From Octopus vulgaris (Eukaryota): a DNA stretch of 64,000 nucleotides. The notes under the pieces were generated by a model. That model was not told the origin of the DNA, ran no database searches, and worked only from the letters and a program-made list of their open reading frames with translations. Both the position numbers and the translations under genes were made by a program. Shown one piece after another: positions 1 through 13,200 of this stretch; position 1 is the stretch's first letter, and every line of letters starts with the position of its first letter. The stretch is taken from NCBI GenBank assembly GCA_951406725.2, contig OX597814.1, positions 139,438,001 to 139,502,000 on the forward strand, given 5' to 3'.

Positions 1-1557
1 CAGTTGACAAGTGATGGTGGGGGAACAAACACAGAGACAAAAACAAATACACAACGGGCTTCTTTCAGTTTCTGCCTACCAAATTCACTCACAAGGGTTT
101 GGTCGGCCCGAGACTATAGTAGAAGACACTTGCCCAAGGTGCCACATAGTGGGACTGAACCCAGAACCATGTGGTTGGTAAGCAAGCTACTTACCACACA
201 GCCACCCCTGTGCCTATTCTGAATTTTTTTTAAATGCAATTAAGAATCAGACACTTAGTGAGGAACATCACAATATCAGTTTCATAGTTTCTCTACTACA
301 ACAAAGAGAGAAACATCAATTTCTTATACTGACACCAGGCCAGATTTCTAAATGAATCAGCTGACAGGTACTTATTTTACTGAACCTGAAAGAGAAATGA
401 AAGATACTGCATGACCCTGGTAGAATTTTGAAAATGTAAGTAAATTCCATGAGGATTTTTTTTAGGTCAATACTCGGGCAGCAAGCTGGCAGAATCGTTA
501 GCATACCAGGCGAAATACTTAGTTCAGATTACGCCGAGGCTGACTTTGCCTCCTCCATCCTTTCGGGGTCAATTAAATAAGTACCAGTTACGCACTGGAG
601 TCGATGTAATCAACTTAATCCTTTTGTCTGTCCTTGTTTGTCCTCTCTATATTTAGCCCCCCGTGGGCAATAAAGAAATAGATACTAGAGAATAACTTTC
701 CTGAAAGTTTTATACACTTTTGCACCACACAAACACACAAGAAAGAGGGTGGGGTGTTAACCTCCCTCCCTCCTTTTCCTAAGCACTTAAAAAAAGAAAA
801 AAAATTTTCCAATTGCTTCTGTAACCCATTTCTACTTAATCCATTCTCATCATAACTATTTCTCAGATGAACATTAATTAGGTGGTGGGTGTAGTAGCAG
901 AGTCATAAGAACAGACAAAAAGCCATGTAATATATTTTCAAATTCTCTGATCTCTGGAAGTTGATAAAGAAACACAAATTCAGGGCAATGAATTGACAAA
1001 ACTATAAAAGTGCCAGACTGAATACTTTGCAGTACTTGTCCTGGTGGTCTGTATTCTAAGTCTATGGCTTATTTGGATGAAAGACTTAATCTGTTGCCTG
1101 ATTTAACATTACCAACCTAGAACACCTTTTGTTAAGTCCACTCTATTACAAGCATTTGAGCCAGGTCACATTTCTCCCTCCTTCCATCCTACTAGTCTGA
1201 AAAGCCCCGTAAAGGCTCATAAGTACTGCCTTCCCTCTTGACAAAAAAAAATTAATTAAAAGAAAAAGGAAATTTATTCAACATGTCCATCCACATTTTT
1301 TTCTTCAAATCATTTATAATTTTACTTCTGTCAATCTACCACCATTAAAACAAGTTTCTCCCATTTGAAATGATCTAATATTGTGAAGAAAGCCAAGAGA
1401 GGATCTCTGAAGACTGTCATTAACAGAGAACTCTTCTTCCCTCCTTCTCCTCCTACTAACCACTGCACTGGTAGACAAGGCACAAACTCATAGAAAAATA
1501 AACCAGCCATCTGTAAAATACAAACTAATTCATGAGAGAGAGAGAGAGATATGTTAC

Positions 1558-1596
1558 CTTCTGTTTCTCCTTCTTCACTTGTTATGATGATAGTCC
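1558..1596 (-). CDS. UBA2: UBA2 exon 15
   Basis: [13 protein letters not shown]; 39 nt, tag/gtaaca. Confidence 0.92.
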
Positions 1597-4500
1597 CTAA
1601 AACAAAGAAATAATTAGAAATTACAATTCTATAACACAAAGCAATTGTACATCACTTTCAGGACTAAATTGTTATAATGAGACCGTAAAGTAGATGTATC
1701 GTTCTGAAGTCAGAATAACATATCAACTCAAGAATTTTTTTCAAAATCACATAAGAACATAATACAATGAAATTAAGGAATTGATCTGGATATAATTGAT
1801 TTAAACAAAATTGTGGAAACAATCAGAGAATTTCCTATATCTGGAAGCTGTTTGATAAGAGGAGGACTGAGGATTTGATGGGAATGTTGGGGTTGGAGGA
1901 ATTGGTGGAATGGTTGGCAAGGGCAAATGGAGTGAGGTAGTATGGGCACGCATTGAGGACGGATGAAGAGCAAGTTCTGAGGAGGGTGATTGCGTTTGAG
2001 GTAAATCTGAGCGTGAAAGCAAGGTAGACAGAGGAAAAAGTGGAGGGGGAGAATGGGAGGGTTGGTTTGAAAAAGGAGGACACCCAAAACCGAGCAAGAT
2101 GGTGTGAGGGCGGTTGCTATAGCATTAAGGTAGATCTGGCCACCCCCATTAACGGGGACAAATTCCAGATTTAAAACACTAGATGATGATGATGGAGGGA
2201 TACCTGTAGAGGGAGAGGAGTTGATTTGGTGAGCATACAAGGCAGTTAGGACTATCACTTTGATACATACTTTCACAAGTGAAACAGCTAACCACCTCTC
2301 TTGTATAGGATATGTAAAATTGCATGAGAAGAATAGAGTAGAATCACATTTGTTATAGGTAATTAGTGTTGGGTGATTGATTTCAATGTAAAACAAATTC
2401 ATTCATTTTAATAACTAAACAAATACCCATGTTAGCTTGGAAAAATACTGTTTTTCCAGGCTCAGTATTTAAGTTATTTAAGACAGGATTTTACAGTCAG
2501 TTGTTCTTCCTGTAACTTACTCCTTTATGTATTAGAGGAAATTTTTCTCTTATTCTACAGGTTTTTGAAAGCACAGCTCGACCTGTCATGACAACACACA
2601 TATGATGGGGCTTCTTTAGTTTCCATCTACCAAAATACACTCTGGATCTATAGTAGAAGACCTTTACCCAAGGTGCTGCACAATGAGACCAAACTACATA
2701 AAAAATTATTTGCTGTAGTATGGCCAAAGGATCTGATTAAAGCAAAATCAGACTTTAGAGTAGAGGCCAAGTAGAGTAGTTTCCACCTGGAGGTATGCAG
2801 CTAAAGGTGCTGGTTGTTTAATTAGCAAATACATAAAATTATTGACTGTCAAATGGAAAGAGAGGAGTGAAGTAAAACACTTTGAAAGTATTACCTTTGC
2901 CATCATCAATTTCAACATCAGGTTCAACCATTCCTAAGTGGCCTTTAACAATCTATTGAAGAAATAAAATTTTAAAATAAAACATCATTTTCCAGGAGAA
3001 TTTAAGCAAGTTCATCATTGGTTTCAAATTTTGGCACAGATTGCCGCCTTAAAGCAAGTTCATTATTATCTTGCTAAATACAAGAGGATGGATCATGTCA
3101 GTGATTTACATTTTTAAATGCAACCATTATTGCACAAATTTGAAAAGATTATCAAGACTTCAAAAATTTACAACAAAAGTTGTACATGATAATCACCAAC
3201 ACAAATGCCTGCTATGTTTGATAGTTTCTTAGATAAAATAGACCTCTGATCAACCTGGCTTCTTTTCAGGATTAGCATCTCCCAGATATGTCACTTAGAT
3301 TTATAAGATTGTGGCGAAGTTCTGTTACTAACAGGCTGAGTGATCATATAGAGGCCAAAATGCTTGCAAGTTTATTTAAAACCAACTTAACATTGAGAAG
3401 AAAGAAGACTATTCTAACAACATTGTTATGTTTTAATGCTTAGCAATTATTTGGTATCCTAAACTCAGTAATATGGCCTCATAAAAATGGGAAAATAAAA
3501 ATCACTAACCTTCTCTTCAAGTGTTTTGATAGTTGTTGTGGTAGTGTTAAGCACCACAGTAACTTCAGGTTTCTCAGCACAAACATAGCATTTGGGATTG
3601 GGTTTTACCAAAGCACATGGTGCTAACAATTGTTTACGGGATGCTGGTTGCCGGTTCAAGTAAACCTTTACAGTATGAAAAATATGCAAAGACATTATAT
3701 TACAGAAAAAAAAAGAATGTAAACATGCTTATATAAATAATTTCTTTGTTAAAATTTATAGTAACACTGCATGATATAACTAGAATGAGTATTAATTTAA
3801 GTAATTTAAACTATTAACGTTCTAATTTGTGTTCTAAGATTCATTACATTTCAGTTAATGCATGCTTCAGTTATCATCTGATGTTAGGCATGTTACGTAA
3901 TAATATAAAGATATATATCTCTACATCAGGCACATGACTGCCAGATAGCAAAATCAATTAAGCTTATATTGAATTCCACAAACCATTTTTTTCTTTATTT
4001 GTTTTCTACTGGATTATGTCTAATATAAGTTTTCAATGTGAATTTGTCAGCTGAAGCCTAGCTTATTTACATACATGTATGTATATGTGTGTTAAATTGA
4101 GATTATTAATTTAAAGCTACTTTAAGAATGACTACGGAACATTTACTAACGGGGAGACTCAATACTGAGAGTAGAGTGAAATTTAAATTTTTTATGTATT
4201 TCAAGTTGCTTAGGACTAAGTTTCGCTTAACAGTTTATTCAATTGTTAGAGAAGACTTTAAGCAACATAAAATTTAAAATATAAATACATATAAGAGAGA
4301 ATATTTCTAAATGTGGTGTAGATTGAAGTATAAAAATTATCAGCTTGATAAACACATGCTAGTCAAGTAATAAGTCATTTAAAAATACAGACACAAACAT
4401 AAGAACATGAAGCTATTTATAAAGTGAATTGTATAGCATGGGATGTTAATATTAAATCTACAGAGTTCTTGGCTGACTAGAAAGATGAACAAGTTTTGGT

Positions 4501-7192
4501 GAATATAAATAAAGTTTTACCATTTTACATTTGTCAATATTTCCTGAGAGTATTTTGAGAGCTTCAATGACTATCAATCCTGCAATGATGGCATTAGTTG
4601 TAGCAATTGCAGGAATAATGTTCCCAGCCATGGCTGTCACATAAAAGAAAAGATAAAAAAAAACATTACATGACTTTCACTGTATTAAAAACAGACAACC
4701 AACAACAAAAATGCATGAAAATAATATCCATTTATTCTATCTTACACATGAAACTTGAAATGAATTTCATATACCATATATACTCGACTATAAAACGCCC
4801 TTGCTTCTAAGATGCATCCCTGACTTACAAGGTTCAAATTGGGAATTTTATCATTGACTTGATTATAAGTTGCAGTGATCTTTTTGATGTTGGAGAGCAA
4901 AATTCAATTAGGAATCATGCTGACATAGTTGTTGTTCGGTAACCAAGTTTTCAGTAAGCTGGAGATGACTTACAACTGTTATCCTATTAAATCCATGCAT
5001 TTTAGAAACCGTAGGTCGTCATCATCATTTAACATTTGTTCTCCATGTTGGCATGGGTTGGACAGTTTGGCAGAGCTGGCAAGCTGGAGAATTATTCAAA
5101 CAGCTTCTACAGTTAGATACCCTTCCTAATACCAACAACAAAGTGAACTGTAAGTTAATTATATGGTACTGACACAGGCGCTTTTTACCTGTGCAGGTGC
5201 CATGTAAAAACACTTAAATAAGGACTTAGATAAGTAAACTGATAGTTGCAGCAATGAACAGAAAATATTTGAATAGGTTTCTCATTAATGGACATTATTA
5301 AGAATTTGTTACAATGTTGACAATAATTACCAACTGAAAAACACTCACATTTAATGTCAAATCGTGATTTAATGGGGATGCCAAAAATATGAGCTCGTAT
5401 GTTACTGGTAGCTGTGACAAAATCCATTGCAACATCATCATCCTGTACAAAAAAGAAAACACAATGTAACAATATCCTCTAAAATACATATATCAATACA
5501 AAAAAAATTCAACTACATCTATTTTTTTTCTATTTAAGATGATAGACTGTGGTTTCAGGGAGATTTAGCTGCTGTTTCTAGCATGTGTGTGTGCATATGT
5601 TTGTCCCCCACCACTACTTGTTTATGGCCCCCATAACTTAGCATTTCAGCAAATGAACCCAATAGAATAAGTGCCAGGCCTAAAAAAGAAATAAATACTG
5701 GAGTTGATTTGTTCAACAAAAATTCTTCAAGGTGCCCCAGCATGGCCACAGTCTGATGACTGAAACAAGTAAAAGAATCTGAAAGTAAGCTTACCTTATC
5801 CCAGACAAGTTGGCCGCCATCACCTTGTTTGGAGAGTTCTGTTTTGAGCGCAGAGAGACAGTTGCTAAACACATCTGCATAGTCTTTTATTGACTGGATC
5901 TGTTGATCTTTGATTAATGTTGATAATGATGATGAGGAGGAGGAGGAGTGAGGGACTGCAAAAAAAAAGTTTAGATGAAGAAACACTCAATAAATTCTAA
6001 CACTTGCTTGATTTTAAATATTTTAAAAGATAAATCTGAATTAAAAAATTTCAACATTAAAATCTTGTAAGAGTTTTTCTTGTTTAATGCTTGCTTTCTT
6101 GGTTTCAACTATTTAAAAATATATTAGTGCAGCTAAATAGTTAATTAAAACATTTGACAACCACAATATATAGCCCTTTTGGTAAGTGTCTTCTACTACA
6201 GCCTTGAGTTTGCCAGTACCTTACAAGTAAAATTTAGTAGATGGAAAAAAAGAAAGAAACTGAAAATATAAAAATACTATGTACCTGTAGTGGGTAGGGA
6301 TTGATAAACCAGTGGTGAGGGAGGTTTTCGTTTCTCCCATAGTTTTTCCATTGAAAGTAAATATTTGATGTCATCATGGAACAGCTGAAAAATATAAACA
6401 AAACATTGGTAATTAATGGCCAAAAACTTCAAAATAAAACCAGAAAACATTTGCTGTTCTTGCCTAACAAGTGTTAAAATATGAGACCATGTTGAAACTG
6501 AAACATTGTGGAAAAGCAGTTTTTAGCCACTTAACCCTTTCAATAACAACCCAGCTGAAACCACATCTCCACCAAACCTTAGGCACAATTTATTTTCCTA
6601 ACACTAGCTTAATGATAAGTTATTTTACTAAATTGTTTATATTTAAAATTAACTGAAAGAAACACAGAATATCTCAAAATAAATACGGTAATGAAAGGGC
6701 TAACATCACACAAATTGTAATTACTAAATGGATAAAAAAAAGCTTTTCTATGAAGTAATAGTATAAGAAAAAAAAGCAAGGACATTCATTATCAACCCTT
6801 GGACATAACTGTTTTGAATCCCAGGACTAAGCCAGTTTTCCATGCTGTAGAAACAATGCCAAAACAAACAGCAAAGCTTGGTGCTGTCTTCTGACTCACC
6901 AGATTCTGTCAAACAATCCTACCCTTGCCAGCATGGTAAACAGACATTAGATGATGATAATGATAGTGATGACAACAAGTGACCAAGATTACAATATTCA
7001 TCTTGAATGGGATGCTGGGTGGACTGGAGCGAAGTGAGATGAAGTGTTTTACTCAAAAACACAACATACCTCCAGGTCTGGGAATCAAAACCACAATCTT
7101 TCAATTGTAAAGGCATCACACTAACCACTAGACCAGTGTTTCTCAACAGGGGTTCTGCGAGAAAGAGTGAGATAAGCTAATGCTAATTTCAT

Positions 7193-7223
<31 letters not shown>

Positions 7224-10200
7224 AATGTAAATATATATATAAATTTATTTACAACATGAACTATGATGAAAAAAATATGAGGAAGATATGGTATATAATT
7301 TTTTTTGTGCAGGGGTTCCTTGAGACATGCAATTTATTTTAACAGTTACACAAGAGTAAAAAAGTTAAGAAACACTGCACTAGACCATGCACCTCCACTT
7401 AAAAGGATATTGTTACGATAAGATACAAGTAGCAAGAAAAAGACACAAAATGTAGGAAATATTGAATAATTTACATACTTTGTTGAAAAGTTTCTGGAAA
7501 TCATAGCCAGTTTCATGAGCCCAAGCTCTAGTGGACTTTCTGTCAATACCACCAGCAGCATCACTTTTAGAACTGGAATTAAGGGCAGATTCTCCAGCAT
7601 CAGCTATAGAACAGAAAAATGAAATATTAAGAAAATAATATTTGGACTGAAAACATAACCAATACAAAAATATTAAGCCAAGTTTAAAATTTGAATTGAA
7701 CAAAATAAAATATTAGTTAATTAAAAAAATGTTATTTTTAATTAAGGTTATATGTAATAAACTTGTGGGAATTGTATCAATAAATATATTAAAATGTTTT
7801 AAATGAAACAAGATTATAGAAGCAGTTCTGCTGCTGACAAATTTACAATTAATATATGATGATGAACTTTCCCATCGTCAGACAACATATGAGGGTTCCA
7901 CAATTTCTTACTGAACAACTACACAGATGATTTGTTTATAGTGACCAAATGTTTGTGTACACACAAGCTCACCTCCTCCATCAAGTCGATATAAACTATA
8001 CAAGTGCAACGGGTGCCACATGTCAGATGACGAAAGGATTGCAGAGCAACATGAAATGATGTGCTTTGCTCGAGAACACAACGCAACGCCTGGTCAGGGA
8101 ATCAAACCCACAATCTCGTTATCATGAATGCAACACCCTAACCACTGAGCCATGCACCTTCACAATATATATATATATATTGTCCTTTGAAAAAGGACCA
8201 AGATACCTGACACCTTGCTGTACTCAAGAAGGCTCATCTCCACAGCAGAAGTGTTAAGGCCACTCCCCCTAGTGAAGAGGATTGATTTGCAAAAGTCCTG
8301 TGCTGGTGCCATGTTAGAAGCAGCCAGCACACCCTGTAAAGTGATTGGCATTAGGTAGGTTATCCAGTCATAGAAACCAAGCCAAATGAGACTAGAACTT
8401 GGGGCAGCTCTCCAGCTTGCCAGCACTGGTCAAGCTGACCAACCCATGCCAGCATGAGAAACAGACGTTAAAGGATGATGATGAGAGATTTTTTTAAGCA
8501 TAAGTCAAGATGATTTATTTACCAGTCAATTCGGGGTCCTCAGTATCAGGTGAAACATCTTGATCTGGATCTTCTTCCCCAAAAAGTTGGCTGGAGAAAA
8601 AAAAAAAAAGAGTATTTGATAGAGATACTACTCAGTGGGTGTATAAATATTTTATCTATCTCAGTTCTGATTAAAATAACAGCTTTCTATAATACAGTTC
8701 TATATTTAAGAGACGAGGAATTATGTACATTATTTACATTTGACGGATATTTGTCCTCATCTTGTATCTATAATTCCATGTCAAATATTTACCCTAAAAA
8801 CCATACTTGTATTTTCTAGTTTCATATTCAATCTGTCTGTTGTCAACAATGTTAAGTGAAAAAATACTAAGCAATACATAGAAGAAAAGATGTCAAGGGA
8901 TAGTGGAGAGTATTTATGTTTTGCAAACAACTTGCACATGCAAGTGGTACCAGTCGAAAGCTCCACATACCGGAAGCCAGCAAGTTTATGGGGTCATCAG
9001 AAGAGAATGTGCGCAGTTTCAGGGCCTACCTTTCAACGGCATCAATGCGCAACCTCACTACCAACTGATTATCAAATAAAGATCAATAATCTTCTAAAAT
9101 CACCTTCAAAAAAATTAATAGATAGCTGAATTTAGTCAAGTCCATCCTAATAGATAAAATTAAATGGGATTAGGACAGAGGTGTATGACCAATCAGTTAA
9201 ATATCAAATTAATATAATTATGCTTCTTGCACACATCTACCAATACCTTTGGTATCCAGCCACTATAACTCATTTGCTCATCATACTTAAATTAGTCCAT
9301 TTTACAGCTTATGTATGGCACGTAACAAATATCTTACACTTCTATTTTTGCCAAAGTCATAGAAGCACGTAAAAGGCAGCCACGCTGGTGCCATGTAAAA
9401 AGCAGCTATGTTGGTGCCTCAAAAAAAGCACTCAGTACATTGTATAAAGCGGTTGGCATTAGGAAGGGCACCCAGCTATAGAAACCAAGCCCAAACTGTT
9501 GACTGGAACCTAGTGCAGCTCTCCAGCTCTACCCAAACCGTCCAACCCATGCCAGCATGGAAAACAGACATTAAATGATGATGTTTAGATCTAGATCAAT
9601 CCTAATCAAACGCATACCATTCATATGCCAAAAAGTACTGTCATCTAAAGAGCCTGAGTGACCCACATTTTTTGAACATCAAGGGCTACATTAACCAATG
9701 AAACCTTTAAAAAACAAAAAATGTGATTTTCAGATTTGTCTGCTACCTCTCAACAGGTCAAGTAACAGCAAAGAGGATCCCTTGTTGGACCATTTCAACA
9801 GAAGTATTACCAACATCATGTAATGGACATTAAATGATAATTATGATGATAACAGTTCTGAAAATCTTTTTCAGCCTTTGACAATTCTAGATATGTTGTT
9901 GCAATCTCATCTCTGGAAATAATTATATACCTAGATGTCGGATTTTATCCACATCTTCGATCGATTGATGCCCAATATTTTAAAACCGAGTTTGTACCCG
10001 TTAATGGGGGTGGCCAGATCTACCTCACTCTTACAGCAACCACTCTTATACCGTCTCGCCCGGTTTGGGGCGTCCTTCCTCCTCCTCCACCTGTCCCCTA
10101 CTTTTTTCTTGGTTGACTTCGCTTTTATGGCTCATTCACTTTAAACTCAAGCACTCTCCTCAGAACATGATCCTTATCCCTCTTCAACACATGCCCACTA

Positions 10201-13200
10201 AACTATTTGGAAAGTCAATGACCTTTAGTAAAATCAAAACCCCAGTTCATTTGATTGTTCCCAAAGTTTTGATATCTCCAAAAGTTGGGCTATGAGTAAC
10301 TTTATAAATGAATCCCGAATTCGCTATGACAACAGTAATTTTGGGCACTGGAGGCAAACAAATGCACAAAGAAATATACACATAGAGATAAAGAGAATGA
10401 GACATTACAATTTATTTAACTGAACACAATTGACATAAACACTTTGCCCCCTCCTCATGCACATAAACAGAGAGAGAGAGAGATTAAAATATCTGAGGTC
10501 AAGTAAGTCAGCATTTAATCATTGATGCTAAAATAGCTGTGCCAAAATGTCTCATACCTGGACTATAATTCTAACAAGGTTACAGATCAAAAGAAAATAG
10601 GTTAGAAATAGGCATGTGCACAAAAACACACACACACACACATACATACTTGAAAAGATGTTTTGCCCATACAACACAATGAATAGGTTCAGATGGTGTA
10701 TTCCGGATTGTGCAACCAGGGAATGTCTTTTGAGTGGGTTTTGGTTGGCATTCATAGCACTCCGTTAATCCCTAAAGAAAAACACAAAACACAGCAGAAA
10801 TTAATAAAAGACCTGATAAGATAAGAAAATGCAAGAAAAGTAAGTTGAAATTTAATCTTCCTAGACTGCAAGCATTAAACTAACTTCAACAAAACCTAAC
10901 AGATTGATGATAGCCACCAGTCAGTAACAAAATACCAACAATCTCAGCCTTTCTCCAAACAGAATGTGATCTTTAATATGATAAGCAGTCAACGAATTTA
11001 CTGACTATTTAAGATATTCTCCATCAAGGGTTTGGGATTTTGCATTGAGAAATAGAAATAAATCCTTATCTAACACCCTGATGAACTAAAAAGGCCCTAC
11101 TTAATATGTAAGGGATGATAGCTGACTATCTTTGGGTACAAATGAATAATATTTAGTATTGTTCAGTAGTACCCAAAGAAATTTGGTTGGTATATCTAGC
11201 AGAAGAAACACACTGTACACAAAATCATTAATAAAAGCACTCAAATTACTACTTTTAAATATATCCATTACATTATGTTTCAAACATTATATTGCTGACA
11301 GAATTAGTTTCAGATAAAATTTTACAATATTGGTTACAAGCTTCACTTTATATAGCCTCATTATTATTATTGTTGTTGTTGTTAAGGCGGTGAGCTGGCA
11401 GAATCATTAGCATGCCAGGCAAAATGCTTAGCAGTATTTTGTCTGCTGCTACATTCTGAGTTCAAATTCCACCAAGGTCAACTTTGTCTTTCATCCTTTC
11501 AGAGTCAATAAATTAAGCACCAGTTGCAGACTGGGGTCGATTTAACAGACCCCCTCCTACAAAATTTCAGGCCTTGTGCCTATTGTAGAAAGGATTGTTG
11601 TTAAACTGTTTTACTTCAACATTTCCATGATTTTTATAGGTAAGACAGTTTTTTTCAAAAGGAGCAATTAATTTTACTGTTGGGCAGCTTTTCAAGTGTT
11701 AACTGTTCAACCATGAAGGGATTACGCAAACCTGATTTTATGTATGTGAAACAACCCAGAAAAGGCAGTCATGTGACATGCTAAAGAACACACAGCACAA
11801 TGTCTGTAGTGGTGAAGTTTGAAGTCCACACAGTCAACTATATAAGTTATGCATACACAACAAAAGAAATCCTAAATTTTAAAACTGAGTAGCATACCTT
11901 ATTAACACATAGACGCATGGCTGTGTGGTTAGGAAGCTTGCTTCCCAGTTACATGGTTTCAGGTTCAGTCCCACTGCATGGCATCTTGGCCTAATGTCAA
12001 CCGAAGGTTTGTAATTGAATTTGGTAGGTGTTTGTGCCTCCTAACAGAGAGGGAACAGGTATGGCAGTATGGTTAAGAAGCTTACTTTGCAACTACTTGG
12101 TTCTGGGTTCAGTCCCAATGCTTGACACTCCTACTATGGCCCCGGATCAACCAGTCTTTGTAAGTAAATTTGGTAAATGAAAACTGTATGGAAGCCAGCC
12201 ATATATGTGTGTATATCCCTCATCCACCTACACATGCTTGACAAACGGTGTTAGTTTGTTCCCTTCCTTCTAACTTAGTGGTTAGGCAAAAGACTGAGAG
12301 AATAAATATAAGTGCTGAGGTCAGTTTGTTCAACTAAAACCCTTCAAGGCGGTGCCCAAGTATGGCCACAGCCCAATAACAAACAAATAAAATGGAAGAA
12401 TAAAAGATACCTTTTTAATAACAGTGACTTGTCCCAAGTATCCTGCAGTACCACTTTCTATGAGAGGAATGTTAGCTGCCAGGCACAGACGATTGACATG
12501 GTTACGAGCAGCTGAAAGATAATTTAAAACAATTAATTATAACTATAATCAACAATAATAGGCTCAGACGTGGTTGTGTGGTAAGAAGCTTGCTTCCCAA
12601 CCACATGGTTCCGGGTTCAGTCCCATTGTCTCCCACCTTGGGCAAGTGCCTTTAACTATAACTTTGGGATGACCAAAGCCTTGTGAGTGGATTTGGTAGG
12701 CAAACTGAAAGAAGCCCATCGTATGTATGTGTGTGTGTCTGTGCTTCTGCTTGTCTCCCACATCACCACTTGACAACTGGTACTGGTGTGTTTATATCCT
12801 TGTAACATAGCAGTTTGGCAAAAGACACTGATAGAATAAATACTAGGCTTCAAAAATATGCCCTGGGGTCAATTTGTCCAACTAAAATCCTTCAAGACGG
12901 TGCCCCAGCACGGACGCAGTCAAATGACTGAAACACATAAATTAAATATGATTGTGGGGCAGTTTTTTTTTACTTTTTTATTTTTTTTATTCTTAGCAAT
13001 TACTTTGTTTGGTGAATTGAATGACTCATGGCATCTACTCTGATACTTGGTATTCTGCTGAGGATAACTTTGACTTTTGTCCTTTTGAGGTCAAGAAAAA
13101 AGTGTCAAACCAAGTTGGTTGCAAGAATGTTGAGCAAACATGAGCACCTCTGCCTGCCTGATCTGCAAGAAATAACAGCCAAATTTCTTCACTCAGACTA

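Noticed and set aside
12402-12410. Possible U12-type donor (GTATCTTT) for UBA2 intron 5
   Set aside because: Lacks the CC of GTATCCTT. No TCCTTAAC-like branch point before the exon 6 acceptor, which has an ordinary pyrimidine tract.
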